DNA of 64,000 nucleotides from Vicugna vicugna (GCA_013265495.1 MU058669.1:1497880-1561879), one strand, 5' to 3'; shown: positions 25,820 to 39,205, counted from the stretch's first letter. Numbers and translations are program-made. Notes: generated by a model from the letters alone, not told the origin.

Positions 25820-28800
25820 ATCCTTTGAATTATCTAATAGTTCTATTCTTAATTTTCTGAGGAATTTCCATACTGTTTTCCATTGTGGCTGCAACAGTTT
25901 GCAGCCTTATCAAGAGTGTACGGAAGTTCCCTTTTCTCCACATCCCCTCCAACACTGGTTATTCATGATCTTTTGGATAAAAGCCATTCTAACAGGTATG
26001 AGGTGATATCTCATTGTAATTTTGGTTTTCTTTTCCCTAAAAATTAGTGATGTTGGATATTCACATGTCTGTTGACCGTCTGTTTATCTTCTTTGGAAAA
26101 ATAAATATTCAGCTCATCTGCCCATTCTTTAATTGTTGTTGTTCTCCAGATTTTTTTTAACATGTCTAGGATATTAACTCCTTTTTGGATATATGATTTG
26201 AAAATATCTTCTGCCATTCAGCAGGTTATCTTTCATTTTGGTGATGGTTTCTTTACTGTGCTGAAGCTTTTTAGTGACATAGTTCCATTTGTTCATTTTT
26301 GCTTTTGCTTTTTCTTCCCTTAACTTTCGAGTCAGATCCACAAAAAACTCCTTGTTTCCCTGGAATATATCCTGCTTGATCAAGGTGTATAATCATTGTG
26401 GGATTCAATTTGCTAATATGATGTTGAAGATTTTTGCATCTATGTTCATGAAAGAGACTTGCCTGTAATTGTGTGTGTGTGTGTGGTGTCCTTGTCTCGT
26501 TTTTGTGATCAGGGATGTTGGTTTTGTAAAATGTGTTTGGAAGTTTTCTCTCTTCTGTTTTTTGGAAGAGTTTGAGAAGGATGGGTATTAAGTCTTCCTT
26601 GAATGTTCTGTCAAAATCGCCAGTGAAGCCATCTGGTGCTGAGCTTTTGTTTGTTGGGAGATTTTTGTTAACATCTCTGTGTCCTTAATAGTAATCAGTC
26701 TATTCAGATTTTCATTTGTTCATGATTTAGTCTTTGAATATTTCGTGTTTCTAGGAACATACTCATCTCTCCTGGGTAGCCCACGTGCGCTGGTGTACAG
26801 TTGCTCATGGTAGTCTCGTATGCTCTGTTGTGTTTCTGTGGTGTCCATCATGGCTGCTCCTCTTTTATTTCTGATATTATTTATTTGGATCCTCTCTCTT
26901 TTATTCTTGCTTAGTCTATCTAAAATTTTGTTTATCTTTTCAAAAAACCGGCTGTTTGTTTCACTGATTCTTTCTATTGTCTTTTTAGCCTGTGTTGTCC
27001 TGAACTTCTTTCTTGAAATACATGGGATACAGCAAAACGGGTTTTGGTGTGTTATGTTTCTGTTTTCATTTGTTTCTAGATATTTTTTAATTTCTACTTT
27101 GATTTCCTCAGTGAACTGTTGGTTGTTCTGAAATATGTTGTTTAATCTCTAAGTTTTTGTGGGTTTTTTTCTTTTCTTTTTTTTTTTTCTTGTGATTGAT
27201 TTCTAGTTTTATACCATTGTGGTTAGAAAAGATGCCTGATGTGATTTCATTCTTCTTGAATTTATTGAGAACTGTTTTGTGGCCTAACATGTGATCTCTC
27301 CTACAGAATGTCCCACATCCCTTCAGAAGATTGTGTGTTTTGCTTCTTTTGAATGGAATGTTTTTATATATCTTTTAATTTCATCTGATATAATGTATCA
27401 TTTAAATCCAGTGTTTCCTAATCGTCCACCTGGATGAGCTATCTATTAACAAAAGTAAGATGTTAAAGTCCTCTGCTATTACTTTTCACTGTCAATGTCT
27501 TCCTTTGAGTCTGTTAGTATTTGCTTTATATATTTTGGCGATCCTCTGGGTGCATATGCATTTATAAATGTAACTTTTGCAGGATTACCCCCTGTATCAT
27601 CATGTAATGCCATACTTTGTCTTTCAGTAGAGTCTTTGTTTTAAAGTCTTTTTTGTCTAATGTGAGCAGTTACTCCACCTTTCTCTTCATTGCCATTTGC
27701 ATGGAATATCTTTCTGTATCTTTTCACTTTCAATCTATGTGTTCTTGAAGTTTCTTCTGAAGTGGGTCTCTTACAGGCAAAGCCTGTTTTCAGTTGGTAG
27801 CAACTTAAATGTAAAGCTTTGGAATGTGATGAAATTTTACTCCCCCCACCCCGCAACATTTTATACTTTTCATGACACATTCTACATCTTTTTTTATGCA
27901 TCCCTTGACTATTTAATGTTAGTTATTTTTACTACTTTTGTCTTTTAATCTTCATGCTTGTTGTATAAGTGATTGATTCACTACCTTTATTATATATTTA
28001 CCTTTTACGTGCCGTTTTTACTTTTGTATATTCTCTTGTTGTTAGTTAGTGCCATTTTTTTTTTCAGCTTAAAGAAGTCTCTGTAACATATCTCATAGGG
28101 CCAGCTGAGTGGTGATGAATTCCTTTCTTTAGCTTTTGCTTATCTAAGAAACTCTTGAATTCTGAATGATAACCTTGCTGGGTAGACAATTATTTTTTAG
28201 AATTTTTTTTTCCCTTTCAGCACTTTGAATGTGTCATGCCAGTATGCCACTCACTTCCTTCTGGCCTGTAAAGTTTCTGGGGGAAGTCTGCTCATTGGCT
28301 TATAAGGTTTCCCTTGCATGTAAACAATTATTTTTCTCTGTCAGTTTTTAGGATTCTTTCTTTATCCTTAAATTTAATCATTTTACTTATAATGTGTCTT
28401 ATTGTGTATCTCTTTGAATTCATCTTATTTGGAATTATCTGAACTTCTTAGACCTCAATTTCTAGTTCCTTCCCCATATTACGGACTTCTCATATTAGGC
28501 ACTGTTTTTTCGAAGAACTTTTGTAGCCCTTTCACTGTCACGTCTCCTTTTGGGATTGCTATAATGTGAATGTTAGTATGTTCAGTGTTTCCCCAGTGGT
28601 CCTTTAAGGTATCTTCCCATTCGATTTTATTTCTCATTGTGCTGTTCTGTTTGGATGAGTTCCATTGTTTGGTCTTCCAGCTCATTGTTTCATTATTCTA
28701 TCTCATTTAGTGTTCTGTTGAACCCATCTTACATTTTTCCAAGTTCTTATAACGTCTCCTTGGTACTTTCTAATATTTTCCATTTCTTTGTTCAAGTTCT

Positions 28801-29917
28801 CACTGTGTTCACCCATTCTTTTTCCAATTTTAGTGAGCATTATTATAATCATTATTTTTAGCTGTTTATCAGGTGGAGTGCTTATTTCCATTTTGTTTAG
28901 TTATTTTTCTGAGGTTTTTTCTTGTCCTTTCAGTTGGAACATATTCCCCTATCTCCTCATTTTGTCTCATTTTATGTGTTTATTTCTATGTGTTAGATAT
29001 ATAAGATATCTATATTATAAGATACCTCTCCTAGTCTTGAAGGAGTGACCTTATGTACGAGGTGTCCTTTGGGGCTCAGAAGTGCACTCCCACCTGGCCA
29101 CCAGACTTCGGCCCTCAGTAATTGTTCCCTGCATGGACTGAGTCTGGCCTCCTGTTTTGGCGGGGCCGCAGCTGTCACAGCGTGCTGGTGGGTGGTGGCA
29201 ATGCTCAGCCAGCTGTAAGGCTGGGCAGAGGTGCAGCAGTAAGTAGGGCTTTCAGTGGCTGTGCCGATTGGCACTAACAGGTAGATGGGGAATTCTTAAA
29301 TGGCACCCCCAGCGTTGGTATTAACAAGGTAAACTGAGATCACATAAATGGCTGTTTCAAGTAACTCCATCCCCAGGGAGTGTCCCAACTGATTCCTGCC
29401 TATTGAATCGATGCTTCAAGATTAGTAAGTGAATTCTCTTCATCTCTGGTCTATGCACTTTTTAGTTTTTGCACTGTTTTACAGGTCAAGTGACTCTGCA
29501 CACAAGCCTATCAGTGTGAATTTTCCATTCACTGCAGCTTTATAGCTTCTGGGCAGCACATTCCCCACTGATACTCAGGACTGAGTGCTTTTGGCAGTGG
29601 TTGGGGGAACTTGTCTCTCCTGTGCAGGATCTAGGGGTTGGGGTGCTTGATGTGGAACTTGAATCACTCATTTCTCAGAGAAAATACTTGTGCCTTTGTG
29701 ATCTCTGTCACTTGTGAATTGCCGCAGTTACGGTGTGGGTTTTCCTTGGCGAGGTCGTGTCTCTGCCTCTCCTACCTGTTTGATGCTGACCTTTTACCCT
29801 TTGTTGTGGAGGCTCTGTTCATCCAGGTTTCAGGTCCTGTTCCAAGGAAGTTGTTCCATGTTTAGATTTGTTATGTTTATGGGGGGAAGTGAGTTCAGGA
29901 TTTCCTACACTGTCATC
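25820..29917 (-). mobile_element. L1 with 5' UTR, ORF1 and internally deleted ORF2 (decayed)
   Basis: ORF2 peptides (KAKMNKWNY, LGHKTVLNKFKKNEITSGIFSNHNGIKLEINHKK, KIFHANGNEEKGGV); ORF1 peptides (NIHIIAIPKG, PDKQLKIMIIIMLT); GC-richer 5' UTR at ~29000-29900; jump from the ORF2 C-terminus to RT near 26348. Confidence 0.9.
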
Positions 29918-32900
29918 AAGAGATTTTTGAACATTGAACCAGCCTTTCATCTCTGGAATAAATGGTGCTTGATCATGGTGTATAACTATTTTTATATATT
30001 GTTGAATTATTTTGCTAATATTTTGTTAAGGATTTTTTTGACAATATTCATAGAAGACAGTGGTCTGTAGTTTTCTTTGTACTGACTTTGGTTTGGCATC
30101 AGGGTGATACCAGCCTCATAAAGAGTTTAGAAAGTGTTTGCTCCTCCTCTGTCTTCTAGAAGAGGTGGTGTAGAATTGGTGTTACTTCTTTTTAATAATT
30201 TGGTAAAATTTTTCAGGGAAAAATATTCTGGGCATGGAGGTTACTTCATTGGGAGTTCTCAAATTATGAATTTCATTTTCTTAACAGTTGTTAGGCTGTT
30301 CATACTGTTTCATACTGAGTTTATTATGGTAGCTTCCGGGAATTGGTCCATTTCATTTGTCTTCAAATTTGTGTGTGTAGGGTTGTTCATAATATTCCTT
30401 TATTATTTTATGTGTGCAGGGTCTACAATAATAGCCCATGTCGTTACTGATAATAATAATTTATATCTTCTGCTTTTTTGTGCTTGTCAGTCTTGCTAAA
30501 GGCTTGTCAATTTTGACCTTTTCAAAGAACCAGCTGTTTATTTCACTAATTTTTCTCCATTTTTCTGTTTCCGTTTTCATTCTTCTGCTTGATTTCACCT
30601 GATTTTGCTCTACACTTTCTAGGTTCTTGAGTTTCAACTATTGATGTGAGAGGTTTTTTTTTTTCTCTTTTCTAGTGTATGCGTTTAGTGATATGAGTTT
30701 TCCTCACAGCAGTGTTTTTAGCTGTGCCACACAAATTTTGATAAGTTGTGTTCATTTGTTTATGGCTTTTATGAGTAGTTTCCAGTTCACAGCATAGTTA
30801 AAAAGAAGGTAGAGATTTCCCTCATGTCCCCTGCCCCCATACCTGCACAGTGTCCATAATTAACAACATGCCCACCAGAGTGGCACATTTATTAAAACTG
30901 ATGCCCCTCCATTGACACATCGGGATCACCCAAAGCCCATGGTTTGCATTACAGTTCACTCTAGGTATTGTACATTCGATAGATTTTGACAAACATATAA
31001 TAACAGGTAAACACCATTGCTGTATCATATGTAATAGTTTAGCTGCCCTAAAAACCCTCTGTGCTCTGCCTCTGCCTGTCTCCCTCTCCTTAACCCCTGG
31101 CAACTGCTTATCTTTTTGCTATCTCCATGGTTTACCCTTTCCAGTATGTTATATAGTTGAAATTATTATATAGTATGTAGCCTTTTCACATTGGTTTCCT
31201 TTATTTATTAATATGCACTTCGAGATTCCTCCATGTCTTTTCAGGTCTAAATAGTTCATTTCTTTTCGGTGCTGAATAATATTTCAATGTTTGCATGTAC
31301 CACAGTTTATTTATTCATTCACCTACTGAAGGATATCTTGTTTGCTTTCAGGTTCTGGCAGTTATGAATAGAAAGCTATTATAAACATCTGTGTACAGAT
31401 TTTTGTGTGGACAGAAACTTTCAACACCTTTGAGTAAAGACCAAGGAATGTGATTACTGGATCATAAGGTAAGACTATGCTTAGTTGTTTAAGAAACCAC
31501 AAAACTGTCTTCCAGAGTGGCTGTACCGTTTTGCATCCTCACAAGCAGTGAATGAGGGTACCTGTGTTCTATATTCTCACCAGCACTGGGTGTATTCAGT
31601 GTTTTGGACGTTAATCATTCTGATAGTTGTTGCTTTAATTTGCATCTTCTTGATGATGTATGGTATGGCGCGTCTCCTCATATGCTTACTTGTCATGTGC
31701 ATGTCTCCTTTCATGAGTTATGTCATATTTTTATTTTCACTCAGTTCAGTTCATTTTTTTAAATTTCTCTTGTGACTCCCTCTTTGACCCTGGATTATTT
31801 GGAGGTATGCTGTTCAGTTTTCACATGTTTGGACATGTCTGTTATCTTTTTGTTACTGATTTATAGTTTGATTCCATTGTAGTCAGAAAAAATCCTGTAA
31901 TTTGAGTTACTCCTGAGACTCTGATGACATAAATGTTAAATCTTTTTTTTTTACAGGCGTGTAAGTCCCTGAGCCTCTTTTTATTTTTTGTCTATTTTCT
32001 CTGTTCATATTGGGTAATTTGTATTCTTTGTTCCGACTCACTGTTTCTTCCTTCTTTCTCCCACATTTTTTTCAAGTCCACTCATTGACTTTTCTTTCAG
32101 TTACTATAGTTGATGTTATATAGCTTGCATTTGGTTCTTTCTATCTGTTTCTTTGTTGAGACTTTATTTTTTTTCATTCGTTTCAAATATGCCCAATTAC
32201 TTGATGCCTTTTTATGATGGTTGCTGTGAAACCTTTGCCAGGTAAGCTTAGCCTCTCGTTCATCTCAGTGTTGCGATCTGTTCATTGTTTTTTCATTTAG
32301 TTTGAGGGCTTCCTGTTTCTTGGTATGTTGAGTGGTGTTTAATTGAAAACTGAATATTTGGGATATAATGTTTCTTTCTAGATCTTGTTTATACCTAGTG
32401 TTTTAAGCGGCATTTCTGACATTAGTCGGGCAGTAGATGAGTGAGAGGGTTTTGCCTCGTTGCTGCCAGTTCAGAGTAGAAGCCCAGGTTTCTCACTTGG
32501 CCTCCGTTTGCACCTGAGGGTGAGGGGGTCCTCATTACCGGGCCTTGCTGGGACTTGTCCTGCGCCACTAGGCTTCCACTAAGACCTCCCTGGCTGGAAG
32601 AGGTAAGAACCTTCCTTACTTCTCCTCTGTGCGCCCACTGACACTAGGGCAGAGGAGTGGCCTTGTCACCGCTGGTGAGCCTGCTGGGCCTCCTGTTGTA
32701 CCGCACAGAGGGGAAGGGAAGTGGGCCCCTTTCCTTTTCCTTTGGCAGGCTTCTGTTGTGTCTTTTGTTTTTGTTGTTGTGCCCTTTGGCACTTCCCAGT
32801 TACTGGCTTCTCCAGCACCCAGCCTGGGATGTATGAGGCAAAAATGATAAAAAAAAAAAACAAAACAAGGGAACTCATCGTTCAGGGCACAGTACCATAT

Positions 32901-33035
32901 CTAGTCTCCCACGTCCCCCTCACGTTTCAGAGTCTTCTTATGTTTGCTTTATAAACAATATCCAGGGTTTTCATTCGAAGTTAGCAGGAGAAATAGGGAA
33001 AAGTTTATCTATTTTGTTCTACTAGAAGGAGAAGT
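29918..33035 (-). mobile_element. Older L1 (L1MD-like) ORF2 to 5' region, host of nested insertions
   Basis: Antisense ORF2 text at 29918-30755 resumes at ~31720; L1MD-like 5' sequence at 32400-33035; a matching-age 3' end stub at ~25770-25820. Confidence 0.7.
30760..31715 (-). mobile_element. L1MC-type 3' end nested in the older L1
   Basis: ORF 30822-31103 (IECTIPRVNCNANHGLWV) is L1MC 3' UTR text, homologous to 13559-13896. Confidence 0.82.
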
Positions 33036-34826
33036 GAGCTACCCTTCTAATGACAGGTGTGTTTAGGAGGATCGCCTGAAGTGAAAATGGTTTACATATA
33101 TAGACATTTAAATGTGCATGTAAAAACCGAGGACTCAGAAAAATAAAGGATCAGAAAAGAAAAGGGTGATCAAGTTTTCAGCAACTGGCAAGTAATCAAA
33201 TGTAGCTGTGATGTAATGGGTGCACGGTAAGGCCAAAGGAGATGGATGTAGTTAAGGACCTCAAAGAATTTGGGTTTCTTCTGTGCTCCTGGGAAGCCAT
33301 GGAGGCCTATTTCTCAGACCAGAGCATGGCTCAGGGGCACCCTGACAGTACCCTCACCCCCCCAGTAACATCGTCATCTGCGCTGATGAGCTAGAGACAG
33401 GTAGAGATCTCCTGGCAGTCTAGGTGGGGACAGAAATACCACGCTTAATGGATTACATAGGTCACTGAAACACTTAGCATCGTAATTGGAATACAGTTGT
33501 ACATGGTCAGAATGGAGATTTCCCCAGCCTGGCTTGTGTATTGAATAAAAAAATGCCAAATGTGACTTACACAGAAGCTAGTAACACTGCCATGCTGATT
33601 ACCATGTATATTTGTAATCGCTACACTTCACCTCGTAATGATAAATAACACAATTAGACCTAAGTCAGTATAGATATAAACAGCACAGAGAAACTGATTA
33701 CGGTTTTGTATTCCCTGGGTGCATTTGCCGAATCAATTATGCCGTATTTTCAGTATGACAAACTGCTGGAGAGACTGCACATGATTTTTTTTCTTCCTCA
33801 TTTCTGTATTGTAATTCAACAATAATTATCACTCCAGGCAAGACTTACTGTTACTGAGAGTAAGTAACTTGTTTTGTTTTTTTTCCCCCCACATTTACTT
33901 TTATTCTCCTGTCCTTTAGACTGTGAGTGCTCAGTCACCTCTTGCTGGTTTGGGGCAGATGTGTGGCTCGTTTTTGTTCTGGAGACTAGGCTGTGGGTGG
34001 AGTCAAAGACCTTAGAACCGAGCTATTTCTTCTAAGTGTTAAATGTATCTTTATAGCTATTTAATTTTTCCAGCGAACCATTTTTAAATGAAATCTCATT
34101 TGAACTTCAGTGCAGAAAAGAAACGGGCAAGGAAGTGCTCTGGCTGAAGGAGAGGGGGTGCCTGGATCTCTCTATTTCTGCCACCTTCTCCATCTATTAA
34201 GCCCAGAGATACGTCTTCCGAAATTTAGACATGGTTGGATGCATTAGAATTCTACATGACTTGTCTTCATTCTTTGATTTTACCCATGGGAAAGTTCATG
34301 CATTTATTTATTCTAGAAATATTGAGTACCCAGTGTCGGGCACAGCGCTAAGAACTGCGAATGTAACAGCACACAGGACGGAGGAGAAGGGCCTCACGGA
34401 GACCGCTGCCGCCCCGCTCCGTCTGCAGCCCTCTCTCCAGGACCCCGCGCTCCCGTTAGTGCCACACGTCGTGAGCTGCCGTTGCTCCTTACGGCGGGCC
34501 CTCTTCTTCTGCCATTCAGATGGGCAGGGACCTCGTGTTCTACCTTCTTATTAAGTCGCCCAAATAAAATACATGCACCATTTTCCCTCTAGGCATACTT
34601 AATTGTCCCATAATAGTTTTTAAGAGCAGGAAGGGGCTTTCAGGAGAGCGCAGGTAGGGTCATGTCTGTAGACGACACGGTCGTGCTCCTTACACAGCTG
34701 CAGTGGTGCGGGAGGAGTTTCTGCTCTCTCTAGCCTGGTTTTCCTCCTTTGAAGAAAGGCCAACTTTTCTAACCTACAAACTCTATTTTTTGTCTTATTT
34801 ATCTAGTTTGGGGAAGCAGTAGAACT

Positions 34827-35332
34827 GGGGTTGCCCGATTTAGCAAAAAATACAGACTATCCAATTACACTTTTTTTAATTGACGTAAAATTGACATATA
34901 TCATCCTATTAAAGTCTACAAAATAATAATTCAATGTTTGTATACATTGCAAAATGACCACAATAAGTCTAGTTAATATTTGTCACCATACATGGTTATA
35001 CATTTTTTTTCTTGTGTGTGACAAGAAATTTTAAGATCTCTGCTAGCAGCTTTCAAATATGCAATACAGTGTTATGATAGTCACCATGCTGTACATGACA
35101 TCCCATGACACTTTTTTTATGACTGGTTAAAATTTGATTTCATTACAGATAAACAACACTTCTTTTAACATAAGTATATCCCAAATATTGCATGGCACTA
35201 ACTTATACTAAAAAAAATTTTAAATACTATTTTTAGTATAAATGTGACTCCAGATGTTGGCTGGGTTATACTTACGCTAAAATGTTATTTGTTGTTAATC
35301 TGAAATTTAAACTTCAATGAATGTCATATATG
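34827..35332. mobile_element. MER53 (hAT, palindromic), interrupted by L1 and with a doubled core
   Basis: ggggttgcccgatttagcaaaaaatacagactatcc ... ttaaaatttgatttcattacagataaacaac...taagtatatcccaaatattgcatggcactaacttatactaaaa...gttgttaatctgaaatttaaact. Confidence 0.8.
34871..35126 (-). mobile_element. Short L1 3' end (L1MA9/L1_Art-like) inserted in MER53
   Basis: polyT, then gtatacattgcaaaatgaccacaataagtctagttaata...gtcaccatgctgtacatgacatccc. Confidence 0.82.
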
Positions 35333-37669
35333 TGTTCTCTGTCTTTCTCTCTCTCCATGTATATATATGGAGAAGCATCCTGCTGTAAGCATAGAGGGGA
35401 GAAATGGATGCACAGCTCACAGCATTTCAGGATTGTTGAGGGGGGAAAACTGTGGAAATGCAAGTTGTTATGCAGTTAGGTTTCCTGTCCCATTGGGGAA
35501 AAATTGTGCTTCAGAGTTATTTGCATTGCTTATAGGACAGCACAGATAGATTTTCAGTCTGTCAAACTCCTTTTCAAGTGCTATGGGTTCTGAACAGCTT
35601 AAATGCACTTTGCCAGCCATGTTCCCATGTTGAGAAAGGCAAGACACATGTTTCTGATTCATTTCCACTGAACCAATCAGATTAACCCTTTCTATTTTTC
35701 TTCCTCAACTCATAGATGCTTGCAGGGTTTTCAGTAAATACTTTAGAGTTAGCTGTCAATAACTAAGATACTGGTGATAATTCCTCTTATAGTTTAATTA
35801 TTGATCAAGCAGGAGGTAGAAATACAAAGCAGCAGTCTTCTGTGCTGGATTGTTTCCATCTAGAAAATTGAGTGGACGTGAACAGCATCCGTCTTTTAGA
35901 AAATCAAGATTTCAAAGAATGGTAGTAATCAAGTTCATATCTGAAATTGCTAGGAGTAAGATATCCAACAAGTTCAGCCCCTTAATAACTACCCTGATTT
36001 ATAGCAAAGGTAGCTGAAGCATTTACTAGTTGGTTTTGTCCCCACAGAAAGAACCTTCTGTTCATTCTAGGTAGAAGTGTGCCAAGGACAACTCCATCCG
36101 TCCATTTCCCTGATTATCAATTTTAAATAATCACAAACACCAGGAGGAAATAAAATTTCATCTGTACTACTGTGGTAGATTCAAACCATGGTGTAAAAGT
36201 CCCAGAAAAATAACTAGTAAATGCTGTGAAAAGATTTTGTTACAGCTTGACAATGACCTGCAAGACAGGCATCAGAATTACTTTTCTTTTTTTGAAAATA
36301 CGTAACAGCAACAATGACTACACAGAAAATGTTCATGCAATTCACGTGGATGAATATTCCCAGAATATGATACAAAGTTGACAAAACAATTTCCAGCCTT
36401 AGAGAGAGACCATCTCATTTACCCACTTAATCTCAACATTTTAAAAATCTTATAACCTGTATTCACAAATGGCTGACAGAGGCTAAGAATCTGTGGCTGA
36501 GTTTAAGATTGCTGTCCATTCATGAGTAAATGATAATTCTCTGGTTGGATTTAGGGTCTCAAAGGATACCTGTGGCTATCGGATTAGCATCATACCTAAT
36601 TACTTTAGTGACTTGGTATTGGGAGTCTTAAGGAGGTGGAGGCAAAAGTGGGTACACTGTGCTTTTTAATAGCAAATCTTTCCTTCACTCAGCCCTCAAA
36701 GGCTGTTACTTGTCAACTTCCCTGAATAATTAGTCTGTCTTGTATTTTAACTACTTATGCACATTGCTTTTACCTGCTAGACCGTGAGAAGAATCAGGGC
36801 AAGATTCACAGTGTCTGATTCAACTTTGTTTCCTTTTAATCCTCTGTGCAGTGCCTTTATTAAGTGCTCATAACATCCTTAATCCTTGTTTAAGGATTGG
36901 GGATCTTTCCATGGCCATGGATAAAAAGCAGGGTTGACTGGCTTCGTGTGGTCAGTTGATAGTCAGGCCCACTTGCAACTGGAGTTAGTAAATCCAAGAG
37001 TCTTAATATGAAAGACTCTGCAAGGTACAGAGACTATCAGACACACTTCACCAGGCTCTACCCAACTGTATGTCATCCAGTGGACAAAGCACTGGGTTTG
37101 CAGTTAGAAGACCTGAGTACGTGTCGCATTTCCACTGTGTGCTACAGGCACTGTCTGTGAGGAGTGAGGGCAGTTCCTCAACTTGTGCAGTTTACCTCCT
37201 TTGTGGACAATAGCTCTCAGCCTGTTACCCCTTAGAGCTTTTGCAAAGATACAACTGAGAGAATCTCAGAGTTCTCAGAATCTGTCTGTAGAGAAACTCT
37301 TAGGAACGTGCAAAGATAAGTTGACTGCAACACCGTTTGTAACAGCAAAGAGGCAACCCAGATAGCCATTGACGGAAGAATGGCTAAATAAGTGCGAGCC
37401 CATTCATGGTAATACTGTGCAGTTATTAATGATGGAGATCTGTAGGGTGATGAGAAGAATCTCCATGATGCATTTTTTTCCATGGTGCATTTTTAATTAA
37501 CCAGAGAAATTTTAAAAACTGGTTCAGCTTATGGTCTTATTTTTAATAAAAGAAAACAGAGATAAAAATGTTCATGAGTAGATGAACATTTAGCTGGAGC
37601 GCTGTAGGACACCCCTGTGGTGTGGGTGGCTTTGGAGAGGAGGAGGAATGAAATAAATAAGAAGAATAG

Positions 37670-37900
37670 CTAACACTAATGGAGCTGTTGATACGTGCCA
37701 GGCAGTATTCTAAATTGTACCTTCATAATGTAGCCTCTATCACAACTCTTTCACAAAGGTACTACTATTATTTCCATTTTACAGATGAGAAAACCGAGGT
37801 ACAGAGAATTGAAGTAACATGTCTGAAGTTACAACAGAAAATTATCTAAGAGATAGACAGAGGATCTGAATTCAAGCAGTCGGGCTATACAGAGTCTGAC
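37670..37900 (-). mobile_element. MIR SINE
   Basis: tattatttccattttacagatgagaaaaccgaggtacagaga core. Confidence 0.85.
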
Positions 37901-38859
37901 CTCAGGCACTGCAGCCTAAGGGGTGAGCTGGGCATGTTCTTCAGAAATATTTTCTTTCAATTTGACATGCTTCAGAATGATTTGAATATCTTTATCAAAC
38001 ACGTATTACATTATAACTAATACAATGCATTTGCAGAATGAGATCATATACCTGAAAGCATTTTGCTTTATAGCCTGTCACTTGCTGTACTTATATAAGC
38101 TTCAAGCACCAAGAGATGCTCATTATATTAAAAAAAAATACAAAGTTGGTTCACACATCAGTATCTCTTTACAGAGTCTTTGCTAGGGTAAGGGAAGTAG
38201 AAAATAAGACAGTTACATCTCTTACTTGCATCTTCTTCACAATGTGACTCGTGATTGCGTTGCAGATGAAGTCTGATTATCAGATTGTGCCTCCTTCTAA
38301 ACCCACTTGTGTCAATTGCACATCAGACAATAACTAGCAAGTGGTGTCAGCGCCCCATCGTCAGAGCTGCTGTCGGCACAAAGCATCTGGGCCAAGAATA
38401 AGAATGACAAGTGTATACATTTCCAGCTTTGCAATCAACATGGAAATTAGTCAGCTCATAGATGCTGAGTGGTCTTATAGAGAGGGCCCCAGCTGCAGAC
38501 AAAATGCCAAACTGAAGCTGATAAACAGAGCAGAGGCATTCAGCAGCTTTTCTTTCCAGCTGCGTGAAGCCTGAAAGCCTCGGCAGAAGGGCAGGGCTGG
38601 CAGGAGTTACTGAATTATTTCAGAACTGGAGGGGATCTTCGAGGTGTACTGTTCTCCTGTGAGGAACCTGAGGCTCAGGAAGGGACTAATGGGAGGTCAC
38701 AGAAAAACAGAAGAGGGAGGGGGTGAAGTGTGAGCCCTTGGCTTTTTTTTTTTGCATCATTGAATTCATAGATTTATTCATTCATGCATGTATTAGGGCA
38801 CTTATTTATTAAACAAATATCTACTGAATGCAAGTGGCCCATTCTCACTGCGGGTAGAG

Positions 38860-39030
38860 TCGTCCTTTAAAATCTTATTTCTTCTTCTCCCTGAAACACT
38901 CTGGTAGCCTCACATTGCTCTTGAAATAAAACCCCAATGCTTTACCAAGACCTATGAGGCCAAAGAGAACTTGGCCCTTGCCTGCCTCTGTCAACTCATC
39001 GTGGACCACTCTCACCCCACATCATCTCCA
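38860..39030 (+). mobile_element. L2 fragment
   Basis: cttctccctgaaacactctggtagcctcacattgctcttgaaataaaaccccaatgc...ggcccttgcctgcctctgtcaactcatc. Confidence 0.6.
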
Positions 39031-39039
39031 TCACCCCCA

Positions 39040-39205
39040 TGGGGGAGGAAAAATAATTTCCCCTCTCCCCTTCTCGGCTGAGATCCCACCTGTAATAAGA
39101 GCCATTAACAAGAGAAAGGTAAACAACTTTTATAACCTGTATACCTCTTGTGTACATGGGAGATGCCTGGAAAAACACAGTAACTCCTCGAAATGCCCCA
39201 AGCCT
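39040..39205 (-). mobile_element. ERV1 LTR fragment (MER34/MER39-like)
   Basis: tgggggaggaaaaataatttcccctc...attaacaagagaaagg resembles the + strand start of the LTR at 40099. Confidence 0.55.
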
